NCBI GenBank assembly: GCA_965644295.1
Contig: CBFFRP010000268.1
Coordinates: forward strand, 1-64,000
Length of the DNA: 64,000 bases
DNA from: Paraphysomonas bandaiensis
Taxonomy: Eukaryota > Protista > Chrysophyceae
Reading direction: 5' to 3'
Part shown: positions 36,714 to 49,416 of the stretch, piece by piece
Numbering within the stretch: the stretch's first letter is position 1
How the letters are laid out: each line of letters begins with the position of its first letter
Notes under the pieces: generated by a model
Databases searched by the model: none
Told to the model about the DNA's origin: nothing
Seen by the model: the letters and a program-made list of their open reading frames with translations, nothing else
Made by a program: the position numbers and the translations under genes

Positions 36714-39700
36714 ATGGGGTATGATGATGACTCTGTTGAGCCATTATCACTAGAAACGTTTGATCCTGTATATGCCAGAGAGGTATATATATATATCCAT
36801 AAACAACTGTATTATACGTATACTAATATATATTTTAGCCATATTTAAACACTCCACGGTCTCTAGAGGCATGTCGCCATCACGGTGTTAACCCCGAAGA
36901 GCTTGTAGAAATTCCTTTTCGGGAATTCCAACGAGCCTATCCGGATGATCCTGAAACAGCTTTAAGACGATTTGAACGAATAGATGGGGCCCGTAGACGT
37001 ATTCTTGATGAGGTTGTACGAACTTGGCAAGATATATGTCGTAATGAGAGAAAAGCACGGTCTCGTGCGAGTAGTCCAGAGAAAGAAACTGTGATAAAAG
37101 TTGAGCCGGAGAAACATGTGACTGTATTGGAAATGCAGGCAGAAAAGTTTCGCCGAGTTGAAAAGCAGCAGTATAAAGCGCTTCAGAATATGCTATTTAA
37201 TGAGATGAAGAAAGCAGTGATGGACCAAATGGCGAAGAAGATCGAGAATAAGCAGAACACTATTGAGGCCAACAAGAAACGCCAGCAGCGTGAGCATGAG
37301 CTCGAGGTGGAAGCGAAGCACCGAAGAGAGCGAGAGGAACAAGAGGAGCGGGAACGTGAGCAGATGAGAGAGATCAGGGAAGCTCAAAAGGAGTACTTAG
37401 AAAGCGTTTATAAGAAGCAGGCACAGGACAAAGCCAACGAGCGAAAGCAACGTGCGCTCCAGGTAATTATTTCACCGGAGTATATTGTGAAAAGTAGTCA
37501 TTCTACCATAGTTGCGCCGTGAAACAGAGAGGCTGGAGCGTGAAGAATATCATCGTAAACAAAAGGAAGAAAATTTCGAGCGTTTTCGAGCTGAGGCCAT
37601 TGAGCGGAGCCGACAACTAGCTGTAAGGGAAAAGGAGCTACAGGATCGGATGAATATGGAGAGAAAGAAGAAAGAAGAGAACCTGCGCAATAAGAAAGAT
37701 AAGACTTATGAGAAGCTGTCCAAAGCGCGAGAGGAGTTAGAGAAAATGGAAACACAGAAACGAGAGGCGGTAAGTTTGTGATGAAATGATTGCACTCGAC
37801 ACTACTACATTCGCTATTCCAATTTTACGTGCTTCATATGCAGCTCACAAACAAGATCAATGCGTTCGATAAAGCATGGGAAGATAAACGTAAAGAAAAG
37901 GAAAAGGCACATAGAGAGCACTTGGAAGCACGTGGAGATTTTTATAACGAGAAACTCGCTTCCATTCGTGCGGCCAGTGATGATGTGGTGAACGATAAGG
38001 TATGAGAAACTATGATTGTTGGAAATTTAAATCTAGTTTACGACCTTTAAGAGTAATAATTTTGACATATTCGTGTAGGTCAAACGAACGTTAAGTGAAT
38101 TGGAGCAGAAGGAGGAGGCTGCCCGACAAGAACTAGCAAGGGTAGAAGAACAACGCCAAAGGAGACGAATCATTAAAGAAGTTCGACGGGAGTCTCACGA
38201 ACTCAACGCTATTAGAAGAAAGAAAGCCGAAGAATATCGGCGAAAGAAGGTTAGCGATTCCATAAAATGAGTGTGCCAACTGATTTTTATGTGTGCATAT
38301 CATTTCAGATTGAAGACTCTATCAGACAAAAGAATGAGCGGTATCAGGCGATTAAAGAAGGTGAAAAGGCCCTGAAAGACATGACAAATTCTATGGCTGA
38401 GGTTATGAACAAAACGAAATCTGAACTGAGGGTAATAGTTGGTGATTTGAGTTGGCTGTAGAATAATTTTTATTTAGAATGAAATGATGCGTTTGAACAG
38501 TAAAGACATGCTGACTACTGATAATGTCGTGAAGAAAGTGAATGTTCACTCTCAGAAAGTGCTATTTCCAAGGTATGGTGAATAGAAAATGTGGTGGCCT
38601 GATGGTACGTTTTAATATATTCCTGCTTACACAGACTTGAAGTGCGATTTGGTGGGGACGGCGACGAGACGGAAACGTTTTCTCAAACGGCTCCCGCTGC
38701 TTTGCAGAGTAGGGCCAAGCCCTCAACTGCAACCCCATCTCGATCGAAACGCGAAAGTTCGAAGCCCCGTACAAGCGATAAATCGTCACGCCGAGCAGTA
38801 ACTGCAGCGGTGTCCACCCGAAGTCGACCGAAATCGCCTGGTGGTAGGCTGCCACTTAAAGTGTTTACCAAGGATGTGCTCACAGATACTGTGGGCAAAG
38901 TTAAGGTGTTGAACTGGTATTGATTGTAGAACCAGAATTGACGTTGTATATTTTAGGATAGTGTTCTTAATGTGACAACCGCTCAATTTGGAAGCACTCT
39001 CGAAGGTCGAAGCAGAAGTCCATCACCGAAATCAAAGGGAGCTAGTCGATCCAGCAGCCGTGCATCGAGGGCACGTACGTCACAGCGAAATCATGTCGAT
39101 GACACAAAGTTTTCTGGTGACATGGAAACAACAGAGGATGACGATTGGCTAAGGTCTGATTCTGGACATTTCGATCAGAATGGAGATGGGGCTCCTGATC
39201 GTAAGGAGAAAAAGTCTTTTGCGGATGAAATGAAGGATGCTGTTAGAGAAAGCAGGCAACAGGAAGAAGGTTACCCTCACGACGATGATCTTGGACGAGA
39301 CATTCAACTTGACCGCAGTGAGAGTAAGCGGCAATTCCTCAGCAGATCCTCCTCGAAAAAGAAGCAGGATTCATTTGCGTCGCGAAAAACTACCCCTTTT
39401 CCAGAAGATATTGAGCGGGAGTTAAATAGGTCAGCACAAATAAGTAAGTCTTACACAGTGCTAGAGGAGGATGAAAATGGCGTGGATCGGCATGCAGGGT
39501 ACCAAAAGAAAGTCGAATCATTTCAGAGTTCCCGAAAGAATACACCGTTTCCTGGAGAGATTGATAGGTGCCTAACCGAGACCCGTCCTGTACCTAGAAA
39601 CGACACGATTCATGAAACGGATGCTGATGACGCTGATCACGACAAACGTATCAGTCTTGACGAGCCGGATGGTGAAAATGACGAACGGGTAATATTCGAA

Positions 39701-40304
39701 TCGTCAAAGAGTGCCCCTAGTAGATCGGAGAGCTTTCGGAACACAACAAGTGCAGGAAGCAATCGCAATACATCAAGCGCAGGAAGTAAGCGCAACGAAC
39801 GTCTACGTCCTCTTACTCCAGAGGGTCACTTCCGACGAGAGCACTCGTATGACCATCCTTTGAATGGTGGTACTGGTGAATATAAACGAGAAAAATCTCA
39901 GGGGAAGAAAGTTATAAACCCCACGGTGTATGGTAAAGGAACTAAGAAACCCAAGAGAATCAGTGAAGTTGTTTCAAAACAAGAACACAAGAAGATGGAT
40001 CTACAGCGACAATTGGAGGTCCTACGAAAACATCAAAATGCCGCCCTACTGTCGGTTCTTGAGGAAGAAAAAGAAGCTGAAGAACAACGAATGCAAATGG
40101 GAAAGAGTGTAACTGACACTAACGAACGTGGCAGGTGGGAGTGCATCATGTGTTGTGCTGCATAATATGTGACTATTGAATTTTAGGTTGGAATTAATAT
40201 TTGCTGAAGAAAGAAAACGGGCGTCGGAGCGCATTATTTCGATGACGAAAGAGCATGAAAAGAAAATGAAAGAGGTCATCCTTGCTATGGATTTAGGGAG
40301 TTGA
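36714..40304 (+). CDS. Large coiled-coil protein with a CCDC177/CCDC185-like N-terminus, multi-exon
   Basis: Spliced N-terminus LSLETFD...|PYLNTPRSLEACRHHGVNPEEL resembles the CCDC177 TSPRSLEAC motif. Long E/K/R coiled coil, low-complexity region and C-terminal FAEERKRASERI helix. Confidence 0.65.
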
Positions 40305-40756
40305 ATCGACTTTGCTTTCTATTCTGAGAAAATTGCATTGTGATTGATACAATAATGACATTGTCTGTCGCACTGCGTTGTCTGTTCATCAAAGTTATTG
40401 CTTTATCATGCATGTGATGTCTCCATAATATATTAATTCGCATAGTACTTTATTTTAGAGGTGTTCTGTGATTGGAGCCCAGCTACATTTCTTATCAATT
40501 ATGTAAATACTGTGTTTGTATTTGGAAGCGCAACACTTGGAGAAATGATTAATCTAGTATTCGCCGTAACCTGAAATGTATGTTTAGTATTTAGTACAAT
40601 ATATTAGCTCTTCAAGTACTTGACTAACCGTCAGGTATTAGCCAGTACGAAATCCTTAGTTAAAAAGTTTTATAATAAAATTCTGACATATTTGGATGGC
40701 TTAAAACTTATCAACATTTTCCTCCAACAGATATTCTAAAAAGCCCTGCCAAATAG

Positions 40757-41049
40757 TATTAGAATATGGACTGTATCCTAGTATATTCAATGTGGTACTT
40801 GAAGACAATGTACGAGAATACAGTGAAGTATGGTGATGTGTAGATGCTGTTATGATATTGAGAAAACTGAAATAGTTTGCTCTTTCAAGATATGTTTAGT
40901 AGCGAAAGGTCTACAGAAGTAGTGATTTATGCATGGCACAAAACGAGCTTGTGTTGTTTAACACAATTCGTGTAAACGATATTAATAAATCTATCTAGTC
41001 TAACAACTTAATCTCTCTTTGATCGAAGTAAAATGAGCATTTCCCAACA
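40757..41049 (+). repeat. 5' LTR (TA...CA termini)
   Basis: Direct repeat of 45918-46210; AATAAA at 40984. Confidence 0.97.
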
Positions 41050-44000
41050 TGGTAGCGAGCGAGGAGGAGAGAAGGAGGATAGAGGAGTAGTTCCTCAGTT
41101 CAACGAGACTAACGTTGAACAATGGATTGAGGACTTCGAGACATTCCTTATGAGGAAGGAACAAAGCGAGGTAGCGGTGGAACTGCCACCTAAGGAGAGC
41201 GACTTCGGGGAGCAGCCGCTTACGTTGATGGAGGAGAAGGCGTACAGACAGGCTGTGAAGAGGTATTGGAAGGCGAACGCCATAGCTTATTCTTACTGCA
41301 GGGATGCGGTGCAGCATTCCCCGAAAGCGCTGCGTAAATTCCATCTTACCCACAAAGCGTTCAAGGCAGAAGGGAGTGGTGTAAACAGGTTCAAAACACA
41401 TGTAATGATTGATGAGTTGAAGAAGTGTTTTGCTGGAGGGAAGCAAAATAGGATCAGTGACCTCTTAACTCAATATGGTTCTTTCCGTATGCGTCCGGAG
41501 GAGACGGCGAAGGACTACGTACTACGGTTCGAACTACTGCTGAAGGAACTACAGGAGCAGCAGCAGGATATCTCGGAGGTATCAAAAACAAGTCGACTAC
41601 GAGAAGGCTTGCTCAATGAAGAGTATGCTCAACTGAGAGTTGGATTATACTTGATGGATGATGATGTTAATTATGTAACTGTATCACGTAAGATAGAAGG
41701 CTATGATGATACTATGGCTGGGAAGGAAGCGTTGGAGAAGAAGCGTAAAAGAGTGGAGGAGCTGAACCTGATAGACAGTAAGAAACGATATCGCAGAGAG
41801 AGGGATCATCGTAAGAAGAACAACGGTAAGAAGAAGCCGATGAAGAAGGATACAGAGATTACAGGGCAGCGACCTGGAAGTGCCGAATATACTGGGTGCA
41901 GAAATTGTAAGTCAAAGGAACATCTTGCCATCGATTGTCCAGCATCGAAAAAGAAGTACTCGCAAAGCAAGAGCAAGGCTGTGAGGTTTCAAGATGGAAG
42001 GAAACCAGACAAAAGACTACTTACAGTTGAAAACATCAGGCGTGGAGAGCCAGCGGATTTGTCTGACGATGACGAAGCAAATATGATCGAGCAACAGGAA
42101 GAGTATCACTTGTCATGTAATGTGTATGAGACGAATATATGCAGTAGTGTGCATGAGGATATTCACTATACATACATTGATACCTGTTGTTCGTCATCAA
42201 TGTTTTTGATAAATGATGTGAATATACTTGATAGTCATATGCACACATCAAAGGTTATTAATGGTTCGAAAAAAGGGTCAGAGATATGCGTCACGAGTGT
42301 AGGTTCCCGTGGAGCATGGAAGAACATTGAGGTATCAAGTCAGATAAATCGGTGTCTTTGTTCTGGACGGAAGTTGAACGATATGGGATATCGATTTACT
42401 GTATGGTATGGTATACAGATATATGACAGAAATACGGATGAGCTGGTGTTGGAGGGACCTATGAAGAATGGAATGACTGCTGTGCCAACACAGCAGTTAT
42501 TGGAGCTTCCAGACGTATCGACATCCAGTGATTCAGAAGTAAATCTCAGTGACCGTACGGGTGAGGATGAACTGGAGCTGTTACATAGGAGAGCGGGTCA
42601 TTTTAACAAGCATGCGTTGGTAGAAGCCCACAAAAGAATGCTAATTATTGGGACTGGACTGAAACGAAAACATCTCTCGAAACGTGTTTCCAAAGAACAG
42701 TGTCTATGTGATGTATGCGCCAGGGCGAAGATCACCAGAGTAAGTTTTCGGACAAAGGATGAGGACTCCGTTCGTCCAAATTTCTCGGCCGATATAGCAG
42801 TATACTTAAATTGTCCAGCTCGAGGAGGGGAAATATATGTGCTCAAACTAACACACCATGCCAGTCGGATGTTCTGGTCGGAAGGGCTTGTTCATAGGAC
42901 TGGGTCATCGGTACTGCAGGTTTTCAAGAAGATTTTTGAAGGAGATGTGAAAAGGTACAAATTAGAAATGCATCATTACCATGCAGATGGAGCAGGGGAG
43001 CTAATATGTGATGAGCTGCGACAATATCTTAGGTCACAGGGTTGCTATCAACATACGTGGAGCTCTACGGACTCTCCTGAGATGAACGCGATTGAGGAGC
43101 GGAAATTCAGGACCTGTGGTGAGATGACATTAGCGATGCTGATTCAGTCAGGATTGCCTTCACAGTTTTGGCTAGATGCCTACATGGCAGCCAGGTACAT
43201 ATTAATTCGATTGCCTACAAAGACAGCGAAGGGGTATATGTCCCCTCTTGAATTTTTGACTGGTGAGGCTCCCAACCTGAAATATCTCAGAGTATGGGGG
43301 TGTCGTGCGTATGTCCTCACTACAAAGGCGGATCGACGGAAAGACTGGGACGACAAGGCCCTTATCGGATATCTGATAGGATATTCAGATGAAAAGGTAG
43401 GATATGATGTATATCTACCTGCGACTGATAGGGTCGTCACGTCGGTACATGTATTAACTGATGAGTCCATACCGTCACGCTCGGAGAGCTATTTCGCTGA
43501 GATAGATGCTCTTCGAGTGAAGGAGGCCGAGAGACCGAAGATTGTGTCTGACTATGCGGGCTTAGAAGGTACATATCATATTGATGATGAGGATGGTCTT
43601 CTCTACAAGACCACGAGAGTAGTAGAACGAAAGGGGGTAATAGTAGCCTATCGATCTCTGGTAACTGCAGGTCGGAAGCATATCGAGCACCGGGTGCCGA
43701 TTCACGTCGAGGACGTAGTGCGAATGACTGCAGAAACTCCCGGGAATACCGGATATATAGGAAAGGGGGACGCCCTGAGTACTATGCCAGCCAGGGTGCT
43801 GGACCAGGGAAGACCTGGAGGGTTACAGGAGAGTCCTGACCCAACCTGTCAGGAGACAGCTGTGAGGTTGCAGACCTCTGAAGACTATGAGTCTGGGGTT
43901 GTGAGCGGGGCTCCTCCCACAACGCACGATGTGCGTGCTCAGGATGAGCAAGGTACGGGTTCTTATATACCTCGTCGACCGATTGAACTAGATGGTGATG

Positions 44001-45744
44001 GTCGGGTTCGACGCAAACGGCTGCAGCGGAGACTGGCAAACGCGTCGGTTTTAGGAGAGATTAATATGGTTGAAGTACCGGATGCGCATAATATTGATCT
44101 TAACCATGCAGAGACAGAAGATATCAAGATACCAAATTCATATGCCGAGGCAGAGAGATCTCCACAGTATCAACAATGGAGAAAAGCTCGGATGGTGGAG
44201 AAGACATCATTGCTGAAAAGACGTGTCTTGAAGATAGTGAAAATTCCAAGCGGAGTGAAATTAGTTAGAGCGAAATATGTGCATACGGTGAAGCGAGACA
44301 TACTAGGGAATATAGTAAAGTACAAGGCTCGGCTAGTGGCATTAGGAAATCTCCAAGAGAAGAAGGAGGAGGAGCCGTCCACTTTCGCTCCAGTGGTTAA
44401 GGGTATAACCATTAGACTAGTGTTAGCGATTGCGTTTATGTTACAGATGCATGTGCATCAATTAGATGTATCATCCGCATTTTGCTATGCAGATCTGGAG
44501 GATGACGTTTATATGGCACCTCCACCAGATGAGGAATTACTAGCTGGATGGTGTTTTCAACTAATCAAGGCATTGTATGGACTGCGATCTTCACCGCGAC
44601 AGTGGAATAAACATATTGACAAGTTTATTAAATCATTGCATTTTACTCCGTGTATTTTGGATACGTGTTTGTATATGCGATGGAGTAACGGAAAACTGCA
44701 TTTATTATTGATATATGTTGATGATATCATAATTGCATCCGCTGATCTGACTTACTTGGAAAGCGTAAAGCGTAGGTTCTGTGAAACATTCGAGATGCAT
44801 GATCTGGGAGTGTGTAAGCGATTTCTGAACATCAGGATAACCAGAGGAGAAAATTGGTATATGTTAGATCAATCTGAGTATGCTAAGAATATTATCAAGA
44901 AATTCAGCTCAGTTATGGGAAAGAGTAGTAAGAATAAGGAGGCCCCACTACCTACTAATGTTCAGGATCTGTTGGCAGAGGAACGTGAACTTACGGAGGA
45001 GCAGAAGCAGTGGGTTGACTCATTTCCGTATCGGCAATTATTGGAGCAGTGTTGTATCTAGCAATGCATACTAGACCTGATCTGGCTTATGCAGTGGGGT
45101 TATTGTCTCGATTTAGTAGTTGTCCGACATATGCATCGTGCAAACTGGCGATTCACTTATTGAAATATTTGCGTGGAACAATTGATGAGGGCATCAGATT
45201 CAGTGGGAGTGAGTTCGACTTACATGTGTTCAGTGATTCAGATTGGGCTGGTGATAGACTGACTCGGCGATCGACAACAGGATACATTGTGTTCTTATGT
45301 GCAGGCGCATTGGCCTGGCAGTCTAAACTACAGACCACAGTTGCAACTTCGAGCATGGAATCTGAATATATGGCGGAGTATGCGGCTATGCAAGAACTGG
45401 TGTGGCTTCGGGGGGTGTTCAAGGAGCTCGGGCTCTTAGTTGCGAAGCCGACTCCATTCTTTATGGATAGCAAGAGTGCGAAAGATCTCTCCGAGAATCC
45501 TGTGTATCATAAGAGGTCGAAGCATATAGACATCAAGTATCACTGGGTGAGAGAGCATGTAAATGGAAAATTTCCTACGGCAAAGTTGATTCATGTGTCG
45601 ACGGATGATATGGCGGCTGATATTTTCACGAAGGCATTGTCAACGAAACTTTTCAGTCGTCATGAGAAAACTATTACCGGGGTTAAGAGAAGTGTGTCAA
45701 CCAGAGTTGAGGAGCAGCAGAAGAAGCGACCCCGAAGAGGTTAA
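41033..45744 (+). CDS. Copia gag-pol polyprotein, interrupted by one frameshift at ~45040
   Basis: Zn knuckle CRNCKSKEHLAIDC; PR-like YIDTCCS; integrase HRRAGH..CDVC, D..D(GAGEL)..E; RT YKARLVA, ALYGLRSSPRQW, YVDD; RNase H FSDSDWAG, RSKHIDIKYHWVRE, ADIFTK in ORF 45049-45744. Confidence 0.95.
41050..41064 (+). promoter_or_regulatory. Primer binding site, probably initiator tRNA-Met
   Basis: TGGTAGCGAGCGAGG directly follows the LTR CA end. Its complement ...GCTCGCTACCA fits an initiator-type tRNA 3' end (inference). Confidence 0.75.
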
Positions 45745-45917
45745 AGGTGTGTTTTAGTGGGTGAGAATCCCACATAACTATATATCTAGTTGACTGCTAG
45801 TTATATATGTATCTTGATAAGATTTCACATCTATTTTACCTATGAGACTAGTTTATAGCATGAAGATCACTGTACTCATTGTTGTTTCGTATCACTGCAT
45901 TCTACATTGAGTGGGAG

Positions 45918-46210
45918 TATTAGAATATGGACTGTATCCTAGTATATTCAATGTGGTACTTGAAGACAATGTACGAGAATACAGTGAAGTATGGTGATGT
46001 GTAGATGCTGTTATGATATTGAGAAAACTGAAATAGTTTGCTCTTTCAAGATATGTTTAGTAGCGAAAGGTCTACAGAAGTAGTGATTTATGCATGGCAC
46101 AAAACGAGCTTGTGTTGTTTAACACAATTCGTGTAAACGATATTAATAAATCTATCTAGTCTAACAACTTAATCTCTCTTTGATCGAAGTAAAATGAGCA
46201 TTTCCCAACA
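45918..46210 (+). repeat. 3' LTR
   Basis: Identical to the 5' LTR; preceded by the PPT and followed by TSD AATAG. Confidence 0.97.
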
Positions 46211-46733
46211 AATAGTGCTGACTGCTGAACTATGAACTATAGTTCTGATGGCGGATGGCGGTTCTAATATAAAAATCTACTCCCATTAGTTGAGAAATTA
46301 TGGGTATTTAACTAGCGAGATCATCATAAAAAACGGTATGTCTATTACTTAGCAGTTTGCTGAGATATTTTTCACTACTAAAGAAGGAAAGATGGTGCTA
46401 TGTGCTATGATACATGATACTAATGCCTAATACCAACACCTCCTACGTACCCATTGCGTTTTTGGAAATATCACCAATACAATGCTGGCTATTATAATCG
46501 AGTCTTCTTGACATACCGAACGGAGCGGTTTAATGTGACGAGCCTGAGTTTCACATTATTCGTCATACCCAATTTCGCTACTAGTGTGTTTTTGGTGATA
46601 AAAAGTGAAGTGTAGTGTGCGACGAAATGGTGACTAATTAAAGGATACTAAGTTACACTTGATTTTCAGTAAATTAAATTTCCAAACGCTGTATACTGTA
46701 TACTACATATTCCAATTTAATCTACTATTACTG

Positions 46734-47501
46734 CTACTCATTTTTACTGGACGAAGTTGCAGTTGCATCAATTACAATGGTCGGGTTTTCGCGTCCAGAT
46801 GACGAGAAAGAAGATTCTCCGGCAATTACAATAGGACGTCTGGATGAATCAGCTATCACCTCTAGCTCCTTTATAGTAATATTGTTGGTGTCTACATCAG
46901 CAACGGCTTTCACAATTCCATTTCCCTTGTCACCAGTTACTCGCATCTCTAACCCCACACGCTTGCGTTGCTGTCCATTTACATTGAGTCCCATCATGGA
47001 TTGACCATGGGGTTGATGAATGGTTAGCATGTATCCGAGAGCGTCCCGAGCGCGATAGTCATCTAGCAATGCACGCTCCACCGCCTTTTGAACGTCCTCT
47101 ATATCCGCACGTGTCTCTTCCATAACATTACTTGCCATAGACAATGCAGCTTTCATAACACCACCAAACACACCACCTACTAAACCAGTACCACGAAACA
47201 CTTCATTAATAGCTTTCTTTTGATTTCTTTCCATTTCTCTCTTCTTCACACTCTTCTCATCCATACGAACCAACTTAAGCACCTTATCTTTCGCAGTATC
47301 CCATAAACTCTTAGGGGTTGCATCTACTTCCATATCTAGATTCTTACGATTAAAATGAAGTTCTGATAGATAGCGTGATGTAATGTATTGAGAGTGTAGT
47401 GGGAGTTGCCTCGAGATTTGGTGGTATGTATGTATACAGAGGGATCTAGTGGCTATAGGCTTCATTAGTTTATATAATCGGATAGAATTATAGGAATACA
47501 T
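46734..47501 (-). CDS. Probable mitochondrial protein with a Coa1/Tim21-like C-terminal domain
   Basis: Basic/hydroxylated presequence-like N-terminus (MYSYNSIRLYKLMKPIATRSL), Gly-rich hydrophobic helix, and ARDALG...MRVTGDKGNGIV pattern. The start is uncertain. Confidence 0.45.
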   Translation of the reverse strand: MYSYNSIRLYKLMKPIATRSLCIHTYHQISRQLPLHSQYITSRYLSELHFNRKNLDMEVDATPKSLWDTAKDKVLKLVRMDEKSVKKREMERNQKKAINEVFRGTGLVGGVFGGVMKAALSMASNVMEETRADIEDVQKAVERALLDDYRARDALGYMLTIHQPHGQSMMGLNVNGQQRKRVGLEMRVTGDKGNGIVKAVADVDTNNITIKELEVIADSSRRPIVIAGESSFSSSGRENPTIVIDATATSSSKNE

Positions 47502-48207
47502 GGTCCTGATGATGTATCGATAGGAGAGGATTGTATGAGTGAGTAGATGGTTATGTAAGTTAGTTCTATGGAATGAGCTGAGCATTCCACACACATACAC
47601 ATACATATGTACATATACACAGCATACAGCAGCTGATAGTATGTGCTACATACATATACATACATATACATACATATACATATACGACTGCCGTACGAGT
47701 TCTATACATCCAGACTACTGTACAGCAGTACCAACATGTAGCTAGAAGTTCAATTCGACGTACAAAAAAGTTCAACATGAAGTTCGAATTGTTGTATTGA
47801 TAATCTGACACATATTCTTAAAGAATTCTAGAATTTCAGTTCAAGAGTTGCTTAATTTTTACAGTTGTAGGCAAGTTTTGTTGAAAATACGACATTTTTA
47901 TATTCCAAAAAAGTGAATATTAAGAGCAATTGGAGTGCCATGTGGACGATAATTTACAACCAATCATTTATATTTACTCAATAGTTATTGGTTTGGGTGT
48001 GATTTTGGGTTGCGATTGTTGCATCCCATCCCACAAAATTGTATGGAGTTCGTCACCAGAGCAACCATTGGAGCGATATGCAATGAATACACACCACAAT
48101 AAATGCTTTAATGGTGATGGTAAACGTAGAGTGATACAGTGTATATTACTGAGTAGCTACAAGGAAACATTCCGTATATAGCGACCAGTTGCTATCTGTC
48201 TAATCCC

Positions 48208-49416
48208 ATGTGTTTCCGGAATGTCTCCACAAGGCCTACTATACTCAAGCCGCACAGGTTTAGTGAAAAGCAACTCCGACAATTTAAAATGTGGTTTGCT
48301 GCCATGGATGATGATGATAGTGGGAGTGTCAGTCTTGCAGAACTCAGTCGTGTGTTTCTTTCTACTGGTGTGGTGAAATCATTCACGGAGGCGGAGCAGA
48401 TGTTTAGGGCAGCGGATGATAATGATTCTGGGGCGTTATCATTTGATGAGTTTTTGATTGCTCTCTCCTCTTCCATAAAATCGGAGAAGATTCAAATGCA
48501 TAGGCTGGATGCGGTAGTTGAAGCACAGAACTTCATGTCTCTAGAAACCGTTTTATCGGAGCAGCGGAGAAGCCTCCTTATGCGTTATCTTGTTAGTGAT
48601 GCAGAGCATCGATACATTGATATGGATCGTGCGTATAACAGGCACATTCGTGCTTTAAAAAAGTCGCCTAGTGGTCAGTTCAGCAACAAAACTGTACATT
48701 TGATGACTAGAGTTCATGAAAAACAGGTTGCTGAAACACAAGAAGCTGTCAGCTATCTCTGTCATCTCGTAGAGGAGTCAGCTCAGCAAATTTATTCGGA
48801 ACCAACCATCGACACTGATGTTAAAGAGATAATTTCTGGACCATCTCCTCCTGCTCCGTACGTCATTCCGCCTAATCCACTGCCTCTGTGTGGTTCAATT
48901 TCTTCATTAGGATCATCAGTACAGCTCCCTTCTGCTAGCCGCAGGAGAGCCTCTGAACCGATATTACCTGTCAATACACCCTCCAAAGTGAATGGAAAGC
49001 GCTGCAGTAACATCAACAAGGAGAAGAAAGATGGCGAGTACTCTCCTCACTTTACAACACTATCTGTATCACCAGCACCAAAACAAAAGGTGTACAAGCA
49101 CTTGTCCAAAATTCAGAAGTTTTATTATAACAATTTGGATGCGTCGCAGTATAAATCGGTAACCTCTAACAGCATATCCAATGGTTTGAATGATTCGTCT
49201 GAGAAATATTCTCCTTGTGTTCACAGTCCAGACTACTATCTTTCTGTCAAACTTCCTGAACTCCAGAAGCCATCAGCAGGACCACCTTCTACCCCCATTA
49301 CTCTCGCCATGCAAAACCTGAATAAATCCCGGAAGGGATCTACACCAATAACTAAGAAACGCAGGACCAATAAGAAAAATGGCAGAACGAGTGATAGGAG
49401 GAAGTCTGTGACATGA
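48208..49416 (+). CDS. EF-hand pair protein with a low-complexity C-terminus
   Basis: EF loops DDDDSGSVSLAE and DDNDSGALSFDE. A short upstream exon from ~48083 is possible. Confidence 0.8.
   Translation: MCFRNVSTRPTILKPHRFSEKQLRQFKMWFAAMDDDDSGSVSLAELSRVFLSTGVVKSFTEAEQMFRAADDNDSGALSFDEFLIALSSSIKSEKIQMHRLDAVVEAQNFMSLETVLSEQRRSLLMRYLVSDAEHRYIDMDRAYNRHIRALKKSPSGQFSNKTVHLMTRVHEKQVAETQEAVSYLCHLVEESAQQIYSEPTIDTDVKEIISGPSPPAPYVIPPNPLPLCGSISSLGSSVQLPSASRRRASEPILPVNTPSKVNGKRCSNINKEKKDGEYSPHFTTLSVSPAPKQKVYKHLSKIQKFYYNNLDASQYKSVTSNSISNGLNDSSEKYSPCVHSPDYYLSVKLPELQKPSAGPPSTPITLAMQNLNKSRKGSTPITKKRRTNKKNGRTSDRRKSVT

Larger units (their letters stand above)
40757..46210 (+). mobile_element. Full-length Ty1/Copia LTR retrotransposon
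   Basis: LTRs at 40757-41049 and 45918-46210 (293 bp each, no mismatch seen). TSD AATAG at 40752-40756 and 46211-46215. PBS TGGTAGCGAGCG at 41050; PPT GAGTGGGAG at 45909-45917. Domain order gag-PR-INT-RT-RH. Confidence 0.98.

Noticed and set aside
41000-45473. Antisense ORFs within the Copia element (and similar short ORFs opposite other genes)
   Set aside because: They are short shadows of the real coding frame with no recognisable motifs.
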